Notes: generated by a model not told the origin, from the letters alone. A DNA stretch of 64,000 nucleotides from Cetorhinus maximus (GCF_964194155.1 NC_135898.1:7874001-7938000), one strand, 5' to 3'. Shown: positions 23,901 through 35,823, counted from the stretch's first letter. Numbers and translations: made by a program.

Positions 23901-26900
23901 TTGCACACAGCAGTGTCCTGGAGATGGATCTGCAATTCCTGGAGACTCCAGGCTAATCCTGGAGGGTTGGCAACCCTATCAATTCATCATTTTCCATCTG
24001 GGGCAAGAGGTTTTTTGTTTGAAAAGGGAGGTGGATGAAGTTTAAATAGAGAGGAAGCATGATCTCACTGAATGGCAGAACAGGCTCAAGGGGCTGAATG
24101 GCCTTCTCCTGATCCTATGTGACTGCATGTTTGAAACCTGGACATTGCAGGATGAGAGTGAGAATAGACTTACAGTCGTCTGTCTCCTTCTTCTCAGGCA
24201 CACTCTCAGACTCTTCCACTTTGATATCTGGTATAACAAATGTTGTCTTGGTGGGTCTGTGTGAGGAAGAGCATTTTATCAGGACTCCAACAAGAATAAA
24301 ACAGATAATCAGGATTGAGAAACATCTCCCAGCAGACTCCACAATGAGAAAATATCATTCAAAAGCAGAAAGAATCACACCGGTCCCTTCTCATTGCCAT
24401 TCTCTTCCCTGTAACCCCTCCCCGTCTTCACCCCCTCTCCCCGTCTTCACCCCCCTCCCCATCTTCACCCCCCCTCCCCGTCTTCACCCCCTCCTCGTCT
24501 CCACCCCCCCTCCCTGTATTCACCCCCCCTCCCCGTCTTCAACCCCCCTCCCCATCTTCACCCCCCCCTCCCCATCTTCACCCCCCCTCCCCGTCTTCAC
24601 CCCCCCCTCCCCGTCTTCACCCCCCCTCCCTGCCTTCACCCCCACTCCCCGCCTTCACCCCCCCTCCCCGCCTTCACCTTCCTCCCCGTCTTCACCCCCC
24701 TCCCATTACCTTCCCCACGACACCTCGGTATCGGGGTGAGGGACGGGGTTCGAGATGGTATCGGGCTGAGGGTTGATGTTGGAGTTAGCATTGCGGTTTG
24801 GGTTGGTGTCGGGTCGGGGTGAGGGTTGGATTGGGGTCAGGGTGAGGGTCAGGGGGGAGGGTCGGGTTGGGGTCGGGGTGAGGGTTGGATTGGGGTCAGG
24901 GTGAGGGTCAGGTGGGAGGGTCAGGCTGGGGTCGGGGTGAGGGTTGATGTTGGAGTTAGCATTGCGGTTTGGGTTGGTGTCGGGGTTGGGGTGAGGGTCG
25001 GGTCGGGGTCGGGGTGAGGGTCAGGGGGGAGGGTCGGTGCAGTGGCTGCCCACCTCTGTGCTTCAATGCTGCAGCCCGAGTGCCAGGAGGTGGATGAAGG
25101 CGGGGGTCGGATCCGCTCGTTGTCATCCTGCATCTGCAATCGGATTGGCCGGCGCAGTCCCCATGAAATGTTGAGAAGCCCCTCGATGATCAGCTCTTCT
25201 TCTTCCTGAAGAGGGTACAGAGGAGATTTACCAGAATGGTCCCACGCGGGGAGGGAGTTTAATACAAAGTGAGATTGCAGAAACTGGACTTGTTCTCGTT
25301 GGAGTAAGGGAGATGGAGGGGGAGATCTGATAGAGGGGTACAAGATTCTGACAGGCTTAGATAAACTAGACAAAGAAAAGCTGTCCCCATCAGCTGATGG
25401 CACATAAAACACAAAACACAGGCTGAAGGTTTTGGACAAGAGGTACAGGGGGAATGTGAGGAGGAACCCTTTTTTAACACAGCAAACAGTAATGGGCTCA
25501 AGATTGGCTGGATACTTCAACTTACAGGATTACAGGGATCAAGCAGAGGAGTGAGACTGACTGGATTGCTCTGTAGAGAGTTGGAATAGACTTGATGGAC
25601 TGAATGGCCTCCTGTGCCATTAATGACTATAACTCCTCAACAAAAGAGAAGGCTGAGGGGCGACCTGGTAGAGAGGTCTTAAAAATGATGAAAGGTTTGG
25701 ACATATGGAAGATATTTACACTCGTACAAGGGACCACAACTAGGGCCCATCGATATAAGACAGACAGTCATTAATAAATTCAATGGGGGAATTCAGGAGA
25801 AACTATTTTACTCAGACAGTGGTGAAAATGTGGAACTCACAACCACAGGGAGTGGCTAAGGTGAATAGGATAGATGCATTAAGGGGAAGCTGGATAAACA
25901 CATGAGGAAGAAAGGAATGGAAGGATATGTTGATAGGTGAAATGACAAGGGTTGGAGGTGGCTCAGGTGTAGCATAAACACCCAACAGTTGGGCTGAATG
26001 GCCTGGTTCTGTACTGTAAAAGTCACACACAAAACCACATGTGCCCTAGAGATTGCTGCCCTCCAGTGGGCTTAGGAGGCACTGCAAGGGGCTCATGCAG
26101 AGGATGTGACGAGCACACAGTCTATCTCTTCCCCTTCTCTTGTTAATTGGGTAACACACAATCAAACAACAGAAAAATCTGAATTCAGTGAGTAGCGGTT
26201 GAACTCTGCCAGGATTTCTCCATCCTGTGCAAACACTACATGCATTTAGATAGCGCCTTTCACAGAGTAATGTTAACATGGTATAAGAGGGAAAGAGCGG
26301 CGGAGTGATAATGTCACTGGACTAGTAATCTGGGTACCCAGGCTAATGCTCAGTGGGCATGGGTTCAAATGTGAATTAGGAGCAGGAGGAGGCCACTCGG
26401 CCCCTCGAGCCTGAACCCACGGCAGCTGGTGGAATTTAAATTCAATTAATAAAACCTGGAATATAAAGCTAGTCTCAGTAATGATGACCATGAAACCATT
26501 GCCAATTGTCGTAAAAACCCATCTGGTTCACTAATGTCCTTTTAGGGAAGGAAATCTGCCCTCCTTACCCGGTCTGGCCTACATGTGACTCCAGACCCAC
26601 AGCAATGTGGCTGACTCTTCACCGTCCCCTGAAATGACCGAGCAAGGTTCTTTCAAGGGCAATTAGGGATGGGCAACAAATGCTGTCCTTGCCAGCGACA
26701 CCCACATCCCCTGAAAGAATAAAAAAGATATTCCCAAGGTGCTTCATGGGACACCTGGTCACATGAGGAGGTATTAGGTGATGACAACTTCAGTCAAAGA
26801 GGCATGTTTTCAGGAACATCGGAAAGGAAGACACGGTGAAGGCTAAGAGGCTGAGGGAAAGAATTCCAGAGCTTAGGGCCGGCAAAATGAAAGCTTGCGT

Positions 26901-29900
26901 TTCTCAATCTCAGGCCTCCAGGTACAGCCGCCAGGCTGATCCTACATCCTGTGGATTTTCATTGTAACCTACATACTATCCAAGTAAAGAGCTTACCTCT
27001 CTGTGTCGGAGCTGAGCGGTCTGTCCTTTATAATAATAGTTGTACGTCTTCAAGTGTCCCAGGAGCTCCTTCCTACGGTAAAGAGGGGAAACAAAGTATT
27101 CTTTTATTGCTTTCCTTATCTTTGCCCCACTTTCATTACCACACCCATGCATGCGCACACACACGTGTCAGCTGCATCTCATGGCTAGAGTGCTTGCCCA
27201 AGTCAGAAGCTTGCCATTTCAAGAGACTTGGGCACACTTGGACTGACACTTCAGCACAGTACCGAGGGAGTGCTGCACTGTCCGAGGGTCAATACCGTGG
27301 GGGTGCTGCACTGTCCGAGGGTCAGTACCGAGGGGGTGCTGCACTGTCCGAGGGTCAGTACCGAGGGGGTGCTGCACTGTCCGAGGGTCAGTACCGAGGG
27401 GGTGCTGCACTGTCCGAGGGTCAGTACCGAGGGGGTGCTGCACTGTCCGAGGGTCAGTACCGAGGGGGTGCTGCACTGTCCGAGGGTCAGTACTGAAGCT
27501 TCCTGACTTGGGAAGGAGGACCAGCAGGTAGTCAGCAGTTAACAGGAAGGCTACAGAGGGGTGGCAATGAGTCCAGTTGTGTACCAGTTCTTGTAAATGC
27601 TCCACCCACCATGAAGCCAATAAATCTGTGAGCTGACAAAGAGAGTCTCTGGGTTCACTTCAAATCCAGCTGCTCGGTCAATCAGGGACAAGAGCCTGCA
27701 CCTTCAACCTTCAACATACAACTAGCCCCATACTCTTGCCATCAAGTGTCCTTGCAATATATTCAACTGTCATGAAAACAAAGGATAGCCAATGAACCCA
27801 TCCCTGTCAGAGACTGGGAATGTCTAGTGAATTGCTGTCATGTTCAATTGTTCTGTGTTTGATTTTGAGAGTCTGTTTACTATTGATGCTCACTGTGCTT
27901 GATTGGTTAGGCGTGGACTCAGAAAAGTAAACACAACTGCACAAAGAGCAAGAAGCCAGAGCTGAAGCATGGAGCAAACATTCTAAAGTATTGTGAATAA
28001 AGCCTGTTACACACATATAAACTAGTGTCATCTCTGCATAGCTTGGAGGTGTAAAATATATAACAGGTGAGAGGAAGAAGATGATTAACAACCGCAGTTG
28101 ATAACCTGAATCCAATCACTTATTTTTTTACCCCCTCGGTCTCTTAGGCTTCCAAAAGTTCCCAGGGAAAGCATTCTTGTTCTGAAATTGAGGGGTGACA
28201 TTGCGAGTGAAACTGGAGATCTTCCCCCACCCCTCCCTCTCTCAGCACATCAATCCCAGTCAGATATCAGACCTACATGCAGGATTAAACTCCTTTGAAT
28301 CAGCCTCGGCAAAGCTTCTTGGCCTCAGCAAATGTATCAATGGCACTTGCCATGACCCATATGGGCCAGTTCCAGGCCGCACTCTGGACCCTTCAGTGAA
28401 CAGGGACAGCTTGTCACTCCAGTCAGTCAAGGTATAACCCTCCTAGAATTAACACACAGTAGGTCACAGCCCCAAACAACAGACCAACTTGTATTTTCAT
28501 GACACCGTTACCATTGTCAGACATCCTAAGCTGCTACACAGGAGCATCAGCAAACAAATATTTGACACCAGGCCGCGTCAGGGGGAAAACAAAGAGGGTT
28601 AAGGAGCATCTAACAGCAGGAAAGAGACGGGGAGGCTCAGGGAGGGAATTCCAGGGCTTAGGGTCCAGGCACTGAAGGCACAGACATCAACAGTGGAGCG
28701 ATGGAAATGAGGTATGTCTGTCCAAGAGCCCAGAAGAGCAGAGCATGAATATTGAATCAAAAACAGAAAATGTTGGAAAAACCCAGCAGGTCTGACAGCA
28801 TCTGTGGAGAGAGAGAAACAGAGTTAACGTTTCGAGTCCGTATGACTCTTCCTCAGAGCTCTGAAGAGTCATACAGACTCGAAACGTTAACTCTGTCTTT
28901 CTCTCCACAGATGCTGTCAGACCTGCTGAGTTTTTCCAGCATTTTCTGTTTTTGTTTCAGATTTCCAGCACCCACAGTATTTTGCTTTTATCCACATGAA
29001 TATTGAATGGGTTGTTTGGTTTCAAAACACTTCATTACAAAAGACATGGGCAGATCTTTGACACGAGTGGTAGCTATGGAGCCAGGGAGCAGACAAGGGG
29101 ACCTGTGAAGTGCTTGGATCCATTTTCAGTCTGCACTTCACTTGGACTTGTCAAAAATCATGTCAGCAGTTCAAATGCTGAGGATTCACAGTCAAGAATC
29201 GTCAGCTGGGTGAATGGGAAAGAAAGGGGAACTGAGTCCTTTCATTTAGGGAAATGCAGAGAGTTGCACACAAGGAGCTTGATTTATTTTAGGATTTCAG
29301 GCCTCAAAAGGAGTGACTTCATCTTTCATGTTAACCCCACGTAAACTAAACAAAAGCCCTCTTTGTATACTTGGGCCTCTTTCCCCTATCCAACCCCCAA
29401 CCCTTTGTCTGGCAAGTGTTTCTTCCCCCCTGCTGAGTCCCTCTTCCACGTATCCTCTGTTACTTCTCTCAAGAGCAGGCTATTCGACTACATGGGGCGT
29501 TGTGTCCCAATCCAACTTTGTCCTCACTCAATGTCCATAAAGCAGACACTCAGGGCACACAAAGGAGGCCATTCCACCCTCCCTGTAGGGCTACCACCTC
29601 TGCTTGGACATATTCCTGAAGTTTTCACCCCATCACCATCCATCTCTAACCACCACAGCCGGTTAAATAGCCCTTCTTTTCTAAAAAAGAAAATAAGAAA
29701 ATCCTTCTCCAATTTCTTTAACAAACGGAAGTGAAAGGCACAATTGGTCCATGTCCCTCTGATCCAGCTCCTTGATAGTTGGCAGTGGTATCCAGCAGAT
29801 ACCATCTTCACATCCTGAAGGCTCTCTGGTAGTCGTGGAGGACTGATAAACCCTACGCTTATATCTATGCCGACTCCTGAGCGATCCATATGTAATCCTT

Positions 29901-31144
29901 ACTGCTTCGCTCTCTCCTCATATCTCCATATCTTCCCTGCTTCACATAGTCCTCCCATTCTCTTTTAAGCCATGCCCTTCCCTGTGATAAATTATTCCAT
30001 GCTCCACAACCCTCTGTCTAAAGAAGCTTATCCTACATTTCCACTCCTCACTCTCCGAAAGATTACTTTAAAGTTGAGGACTCCATCGTCACTGGCTTCT
30101 GCACCGCTCCATCCCCTCTCAACAACCACAGGAGGGGTTGGACAGGGGAAGACTGTTCCCTTCCCTTACGCACTGTCTCAAACCCTCTCATAGTTTTCAA
30201 ATCTCGCTTCCAGCTTCTTGCTCTTCAGTGCCTACATCCAGCGAGGGCTGTGGACCTTAACCGAGTGTCTACAGTGACCTCTTTTCAGAGTCTCTCCAGC
30301 CTCCTCGCCCGAGATCAGGTATCTCGGTGCAGATCAGGTCACGGAGCTGAATCCTATGGTGTTTGTGTCTCTCAGCAACTCAGTGCCATTCCCGACTGTT
30401 CAATCAGGAGGGAGGCTGCATGTCCAATACTTCCTCAGCCCTATATATCCATCACATCCTCCAAACCCAAAAGATCGTGACAAATAGGAGCAGGAGGAAA
30501 GGAATCTCCAAAATGGTTGAAGAGGGAAGATTGGCAGGACTGTGGGGAAAAGAGTGGAGGAAATGGGATTAATTTGCTAACAGCAGTCACGTTGGACCAA
30601 GTGGCCTTCTTCTGTGCTGTCCAATTCTCGAATCTATGAGTCGGCCCCTCAAGCCTGCTCTGCTGTTCAATGAGATCATGGCTGATCTCCTACCTCGAGT
30701 CCACTTTCCCAGCTGCTCCCCAAATCCCTGGATTCCCTCAGTCCAAAAATCTCTCAATCTCAGCTCTGAACGTCCTCCATGACTGAGCTTCCACAGCCCT
30801 CTGGGGTAGAGAACTTCACAAAGATTCACAACCCTCCTAGTGAAGAAATTCCTCCTCGTTTCTGTCCTGCATTCTGAGTTTCTAACCATGAGTTCCAGGC
30901 TCCCTAGCCAGGGAAATCATCCTCACAGCATCTAGCAATTGGATGTTGGCCAACATTCTGGGATTCCAAGACGAGTGCCCCTCTCAGTCTCTGTCACCGG
31001 AAGGAAAAGGGGAACAGGAAGGAAGCATTGCTCTCGATTCTGCTTTGCAATCTCGGACCCTGTCCATGGGGCTCTCACTCACTTGGGAATATACTTGTCT
31101 TCCCCAATCTGAACGGGGTCTTCCATCATCGGTGGGACAGTCAT
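14894..31144 (-). CDS. RASSF2: RASSF2 (Ras association domain family member 2), complete spliced CDS, 10 exons, 984 nt / 327 aa
   Basis: All 9 introns are GT-AG and phase-compatible. RA domain and C-terminal SARAH domain. RASSF2-type motifs [22 protein letters not shown] and [17 protein letters not shown]. Confidence 0.95.
15961..16058 (-). CDS. RASSF2: RASSF2 coding exon 9 ([37 protein letters not shown] domain)
   Basis: 98 nt, tatag| ... |gtgagt. Confidence 0.95.
16632..17265 (-). mobile_element. Young CR1 LINE 3' end
   Basis: ORF 16503-17057 [13 protein letters not shown]...[11 protein letters not shown]; highly similar to 47640-48290. Confidence 0.9.
17580..17701 (-). CDS. RASSF2: RASSF2 coding exon 8 ([41 protein letters not shown])
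   Basis: 122 nt, tccag| ... |gtgagt. Confidence 0.95.
17790..18712 (+). mobile_element. Penelope-like retroelement 3' part with GIY-YIG endonuclease
   Basis: ORF 17866-18195 [36 protein letters not shown]...[13 protein letters not shown], followed by the terminal repeat. Confidence 0.9.
18780..19530 (-). mobile_element. CR1 LINE 3' end
   Basis: [39 protein letters not shown]. Confidence 0.85.
20035..20335 (-). mobile_element. tRNA-derived SINE with LINE-derived tail (family of 26300-26730)
   Basis: Reverse copy: ggcagatttccttcc, gggatttgaacc, cagtggtattgtcactgg head. Confidence 0.7.
20503..20554 (-). CDS. RASSF2: RASSF2 coding exon 7 ([17 protein letters not shown])
   Basis: 52 nt, tccag| ... 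|gtgagt. Confidence 0.95.
20710..21270 (-). mobile_element. L2-type LINE 3' fragment, decayed
   Basis: acaacaacctgcatttacatag tail; [13 protein letters not shown] peptide. Confidence 0.6.
21539..21640 (-). CDS. RASSF2: RASSF2 coding exon 6 ([36 protein letters not shown] domain)
   Basis: 102 nt, tgcag| ... |gtaag. Confidence 0.95.
22394..22501. mobile_element. Small MITE, probably Harbinger-related
   Basis: Terminal inverted repeats ggcggaatt / aattccacc, resembling the gggcataatttt terminus at 62501. Confidence 0.5.
22777..22943 (-). CDS. RASSF2: RASSF2 coding exon 5 (...[10 protein letters not shown]...[15 protein letters not shown])
   Basis: 167 nt, ctccag| ... |gtgggt. Confidence 0.95.
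23263..23295 (-). CDS. RASSF2: Candidate 33-nt alternative micro-exon of RASSF2 ([11 protein letters not shown])
   Basis: Long polypyrimidine tract ending cccag, donor AG|gtgatc, symmetric phase 1/1, no stop. Confidence 0.4.
23617..23978. mobile_element. hAT-type MITE with 8-bp TSD, nested in a CR1 fragment
   Basis: TIRs tacggttgcca / tggcaacccta; TSD tcaattca at 23609-23616 and 23979-23986. Confidence 0.85.
24174..24256 (-). CDS. RASSF2: RASSF2 coding exon 4 (variable linker [27 protein letters not shown])
   Basis: 83 nt, cacag| ... |gtaagt; phase 2/1 restores the frame between exons 3 and 5. Confidence 0.85.
24415..24705. repeat. C-rich ~19-21-bp tandem repeat
   Basis: cccgtcttcacccccctc units. 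Confidence 0.9.
24730..25037. repeat. G-rich low-complexity repeat
   Basis: ggggtc/ggggtgaggg units with a ~50-bp internal duplication. Confidence 0.85.
25054..25205 (-). CDS. RASSF2: RASSF2 coding exon 3 ([28 protein letters not shown]...)
   Basis: 152 nt, ttcag| ... |gtggg. Confidence 0.95.
25215..26020 (+). mobile_element. Two tandem CR1 3' fragments
   Basis: agggtacagaggagatttaccagaatg start; two gggctgaatggcct-type tails. Confidence 0.75.
26300..26730 (+). mobile_element. tRNA-derived SINE whose 3' end matches the LINE at 33290-34045
   Basis: Head gtgataatgtcactggactagtaatc...gggttcaaat; tail caagggcaattagggatgggcaacaaatgctg...gccagcgacacccacatccc. Confidence 0.75.
26997..27072 (-). 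CDS. RASSF2: RASSF2 coding exon 2 ([25 protein letters not shown])
   Basis: 76 nt, cgtag| ... |gtaag. Confidence 0.93.
27257..27495. repeat. 33-bp tandem repeat, ~7 copies, from the Deu-SINE core
   Basis: cagtaccgagggggtgctgcactgtccgagggt. Confidence 0.95.
28757..28990. mobile_element. Penelope-terminus palindromic element
   Basis: Inverted arms around agag|ctct at 28858/28859. Confidence 0.8.
31083..31144 (-). CDS. RASSF2: RASSF2 coding exon 1 ([20 protein letters not shown])
   Basis: ccag| acceptor at 31157, ACAATG start, |gtgagt donor; resembles human GQDKYISK. The exact Met used is uncertain. Confidence 0.85.
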
Positions 31145-32692
31145 TGTTGGCTGGCTCTGGTGAGAAAAAGAGAGACAAGATGGCAATGAGTGGAGAAGAT
31201 AATTGACCGCTCTGTGCCAAACCCGGTGAGCACTTGCTCACAAGATAGCCCTTCCTCCCAGGACAGTTACTGGCTCTGTTTGCAGTCCTGCTCCAACACA
31301 TCAACCTTATCTCTTCAACTTTGTTCATGCTGTACACTATTCACCTTGGCTTCAGCAGCAGCTGCAGATGGTGCACCCTATGGTAAAAATAGAGAATATG
31401 ATCATGAATCACCTTGACATGACTCTGTTTAACATCGCATCCAAAAGACAGCACTGCTGCAGCTGAAGTATCAAGTCTAGGTGTTCTGCTCAGGTCTCTC
31501 GAGTGGGGTTTGAGCCCTTGACCTGCTGACTGTGAGACAACCAATGTTACCCACTAGACCACAGCTGACACCTAAGCTGCTGCCAAACGGCAAATCTCAC
31601 AAGGAAGAAAAGAATGGAAGTTACTTGGGTAGAGAAGCAGGCAGTTACTGCTCATGGGGAAGCATGATCAAAGTCGTCCCTCTCCACACTGAAACACGTC
31701 ATTGCACAGCCCACTGCAAATGGACAGCCTCAAGACAGGGACTTTCTGTAACAAGAACCAGTGGCTTGTCATGAACGTGCATCAGGGCGTGTTTAAACTC
31801 TGTGTGTGTCACTTCAGACTGGCAACTGGGAATGGATGGTGGCGAAGCATTGCAATCCATCACCCACCCACCTCAGTAGATGACAGATCTGCAGCCACAT
31901 TGCTGGAAGATTCCTTGTGCAGCCAGGCAAGAAAACAATCAGACCCAGTAAGGGCATTGGTGATCAGCCAGGTTCAGAGGGTGAGCTACACGGCCCATAT
32001 ACACTAGGACAAGGCAGGAGAGCAGCAATCTGGGAGCCTCATGGCTGACACATAGTTGGTTCTAGATGGACGAACACAACAGACTTTCAGATCCTCATTT
32101 CATTGCTAGAGTCGCTGTTACCTTGACATTACTGCTCTCATCTACCTCTGTCGCAATGGATCATTGCAGCTGCATCTGGTACTCAAACCCCAACCCCCCC
32201 CACAGAACTTCCTCCCAGGCTAGTGGAAAGTGCCCATTTTATTTTACCAATGCTGATTCAGGCACCCAGATAACCAAGCTGTTTCAGCAACAAAAAAAAA
32301 ATCCTTCTCTTGCTCAACACGGTTCAGCACAGCCAAATTGCACATTGCACACCCACTGATGTTTAAATAGAGTAGTGAGGGGTCTCGGGGGAGGCAGAAT
32401 GACAGTTGGAATCCCGACAGTCATTTATCACCCCTTGGCTGACATTGAGAGCCACATTGAAATTCTGCCTCGAAGGTACAACACCATTCTACAGTACACG
32501 CTGTTCACTGTTTCTTCCCACGGATTGGCTGTGAATTGCTGTTTAAGGAGTTTGCAGTAATAATATTATTCTCTCATTGTGTCTGTGCATCATTGGCAAA
32601 CAGAACCGCTTTCAGAGAGGTGAGCTACGTTTTGTGTTGTAGGCTGTGGCCTCTTAAAGGTGATAGGCAGAGAGAGAGCCAGCGGGAGAGAG

Positions 32693-32933
32693 NNNNNNNN
32701 NNNNNNNNNNNNNNNNNNNNNNNNNNNNNNNNNNNNNNNNNNNNNNNNNNNNNNNNNNNNNNNNNNNNNNNNNNNNNNNNNNNNNNNNNNNNNNNNNNNN
32801 NNNNNNNNNNNNNNNNNNNNNNNNNNNNNNNNNNNNNNNNNNNNNNNNNNNNNNNNNNNNNNNNNNNNNNNNNNNNNNNNNNNNNNNNNNNNNNNNNNNN
32901 NNNNNNNNNNNNNNNNNNNNNNNNNNNNNNNNN
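32693..32933. other. Assembly gap (241 N)
   Basis: Run of N. Confidence 1.
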
Positions 32934-33289
32934 CTTTGCTTCCATCCCATCAGAAAGGGCTCTACGATCTAACAGAACGCCAGTGGTGCTCTGACACCTA
33001 ATCACATTCCGGGCACAGGATGACCCAGAGAGCATGCTGGACAAGTGCTTGATGCCAGTGTGCCAAAAAGCCACCACATCACTTGGTATCAAAGTCATAC
33101 AGCACTGAAGGAGGCCATTTGGCCCATCATGCTTATACCAGCCTAGTCTAGAAAGCTGGATTGCCAAGATTGAATCCATTCCCTGGAAGAGTGATTTCAA
33201 GGCTGTGAACTGACCCTGGGTTCCAGGTGTTGATTATACACTGCTCGAAATTTGTACTCAGCATTTCTGTCTTGTTGAATGTTACTCAA

Positions 33290-34045
33290 ATGACCATCAC
33301 CAACACAAGAGAATCTAACCATCACCCCTTGATGTTCAATGGCATTACCATCGCTGAATGCCCCACTGTCACCATCTTGGGGGTTACCATTTACCAGAAA
33401 CTGAACTGGACCAGCCTTATAAACACTATGGCTAAAAGAGCAGGTCAGAAGCTGGGAATTCTGTGGTAAGTAACTCACTTCCTGACTCCACAAAGTCTGT
33501 CCACCATCTACAAGGCACAAGTCAGGAGTGTGATGGAATACTCCCCACTTGCCTGGATGAGTGCAGCTCCCACAACACTCAAGAAGCTTGACACCATCCA
33601 GGACAAAGCAGCCCCGCTCGATTGGCACCACATCCACAAACATTCACTCCCTCCATCACTGACGCACAGTAGCAGCAGTGTGTGTACCATCTACAAGATG
33701 CACTGCAGGAATTCACCAAGGCTCCTTTGACAGCACCTTCCAAACCCACGACCGCTACCATCTAGAAGGGCAAGGGTAGCAGATAGATAGGAACACCACC
33801 ACCTGGAAGTTCCCCTCCAAGTAACTCACCATCCTGACTTGGAAATATACCGCCGTTCCTTCACTGTCACTGGGTCAAAATCCTGGAACTCCCTCCCTAA
33901 CAGCGCTGTGGGTGCACCTACACCACATGGACTGCAGCGGTTCAAGAAGGCAGCTCACCCCCACCCACTCAAGGGCAACTAGGGATGGGTAATAACTGGT
34001 GGCCCAGCCAGCGAAGTCCACATCCCAATAAAGAATAAAAGAAAA
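33290..34045 (+). mobile_element. Non-LTR retrotransposon RT C-terminus and 3' UTR (CR1/L2/Jockey-group)
   Basis: ILGVTIYQKLNWTSLINTMAKRAGQKLGIL and YKAQVRSVMEYSPLAWMSAAPTTLKKLDTIQDKAA; A-rich tail. Confidence 0.85.
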
Positions 34046-35823
34046 GGCAACAATGGAAAAGGTCTGTTTGATTGGGGTTTATCCTCCTCCAGACCAGCAG
34101 TAACCCTACGCCCATCTTCCTCACATTCATTCATCCTCTCTAATAAACTCTGAGAAGGTTAATAGCGTCTGCTTCAATCACTGACTCTGATAGTGCAATT
34201 GACAGCTTCATAATGTTCCCCCCAGTCGCTGTCATGATCACTGCTCATCGAATGCTATTTCACCTTGGACCTAAGTCCGTGATGGATGACTCATTGGGAT
34301 CTGTCTGTTTCTGTGTGTAACACCCCTCTATTACTTTCAACACTCCACAACCCCGTCTTCTTGAACGAAAGCAGCCTGCTGTTTCTGTCTTTCTTCATCG
34401 CTGCATTTAGTCCCATCACTCCCATTCGTAAGTCTGCTTTGTGAACGATTGACTAAACACATTTCAGTGGATCACTGAAAAAGTCACTCTCTCCCTGTTC
34501 ATGCACAAACCAGCTGGGTCCAGTAGCCAGGAGAAGTGAACTGCCTCCCTGCAGCTACCTCTGGGTGGGTTATTCACAGAGCGAGGCTGCAAGTGTGCAG
34601 CTGTGAGAGCGAAGCTGGTGCAAACACACTGCACAGAGGCCAAGTCAGGAAGTGTGTGGGTGACAAACTGCAAATAGGATCCCAGAAAGGTGCAGGAAGG
34701 GCAGCAATAAGAGGTTGTGAAAAAAAAAACCAGAGCTGAACTGGCTTTGAGAAAGAACCAAACAGTGTGGGACACAAGACAAACAGTCTTCAGGCATGCC
34801 AAACATGTGTGTCCTTCAGAGGTGAAAGGTGCAGCTTTCCTGAACACCATTTCCCCACCAGAATCATTAGCAGTCAGACGTGCAGCGCAATCATTGCAGG
34901 CCACATCTGGGTTCGATCAAACAGCTGCTGAGTGTAACAATTCTCCCCTGACAGTAACAATATCTCACCAAGCCCTCACGGCAACATCAGAATGACCTGA
35001 AATCATAGCTCCCAACCTCATTCAAACATTGACCACCTTATCTGCCAGGCAATTCATGGACAAGATGCAGAAAGCAGCTGCTGCCTTTGGGAGGGAGAAT
35101 AAAAGGCAAACAAAAGATTTTGTTTCAGAGCACTGTGAAACCACAACTTGCCAAGTCTGTTTACAAAGATACAGAGCAGGGCCAGTGCCATGGAATGACA
35201 GCACTGTTGGTGAAAAGAAGAGAGTTTTCCTCACTTTGAGATTGTCATTGCACAGTCTTTCTCTCACACGAACTCCAGTCCTTCAAGCTGGGGTTATAGG
35301 GCACCAGCTAACCTCTCTCTCTCTCTGTTAACCACACCCCTTTGCTCATTCCACAGGGGCGAAGTGAGACAGTGGGCGATGCCATCCTCATGCCAATACT
35401 TTGAGACGTGACTCCTAGCCCGATGCTCTCCTCACACAAGCTTATGCCAGTGATGGCCAATGCTAACTCTTGGCTTTGCTGGCACAGGGAGCAGCCCAGA
35501 CTATTCACAACAAGCGCCCCATTTTCACTGTGAGCTAAACTTATTCTCCCTCTGCTTTGGATCGGAGGGAAGCCTGAATTTATAACGGGTGGGGTGGTGG
35601 CGAGGTTCAGTCCTTCCCCGTCTGAAGGCAGCTTTCTGGCTGACCATCACTTGAGCAAAAAGCAAAGCTGACACCCGGAACCAGCTGCCTTGTCTGTTTA
35701 AATCAGTGAAATGCCCTGGAACTTTAACAAGGCTGGGTGTGAGGGGAGGTGGGGGGTGAGGGGTGGGGGAAGAGAAACTCGCCTGGTAGCAGAAAAGAGG
35801 AGATTTTCCTGTCCTTTTTTTAC

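Noticed and set aside
24119-24739. 206-aa proline-rich ORF, and similar repeat ORFs at 45088-45696, 61980-62641 and 26951-27496
   Set aside because: Products of low-complexity tandem repeats, some antisense to real RASSF2 exons.
26300-26375. tRNA genes
   Set aside because: Only degenerate A/B-box SINE heads; no complete cloverleaf.
27836-28064. Possible solo LTR (TG...CA, internal AATAAA); similarly 51600-52800
   Set aside because: No target-site duplication, PBS/PPT or second copy could be identified.
14894-31144. RASSF4 or RASSF6 identity (suggested by the MSMB neighbourhood)
   Set aside because: [18 protein letters not shown] and [13 protein letters not shown] are RASSF2-type sequences.
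32693-32933. ORFs spanning N runs and the identical 241-nt size of both gaps
   Set aside because: Assembly placeholders, not biology; true gap sizes are unknown.
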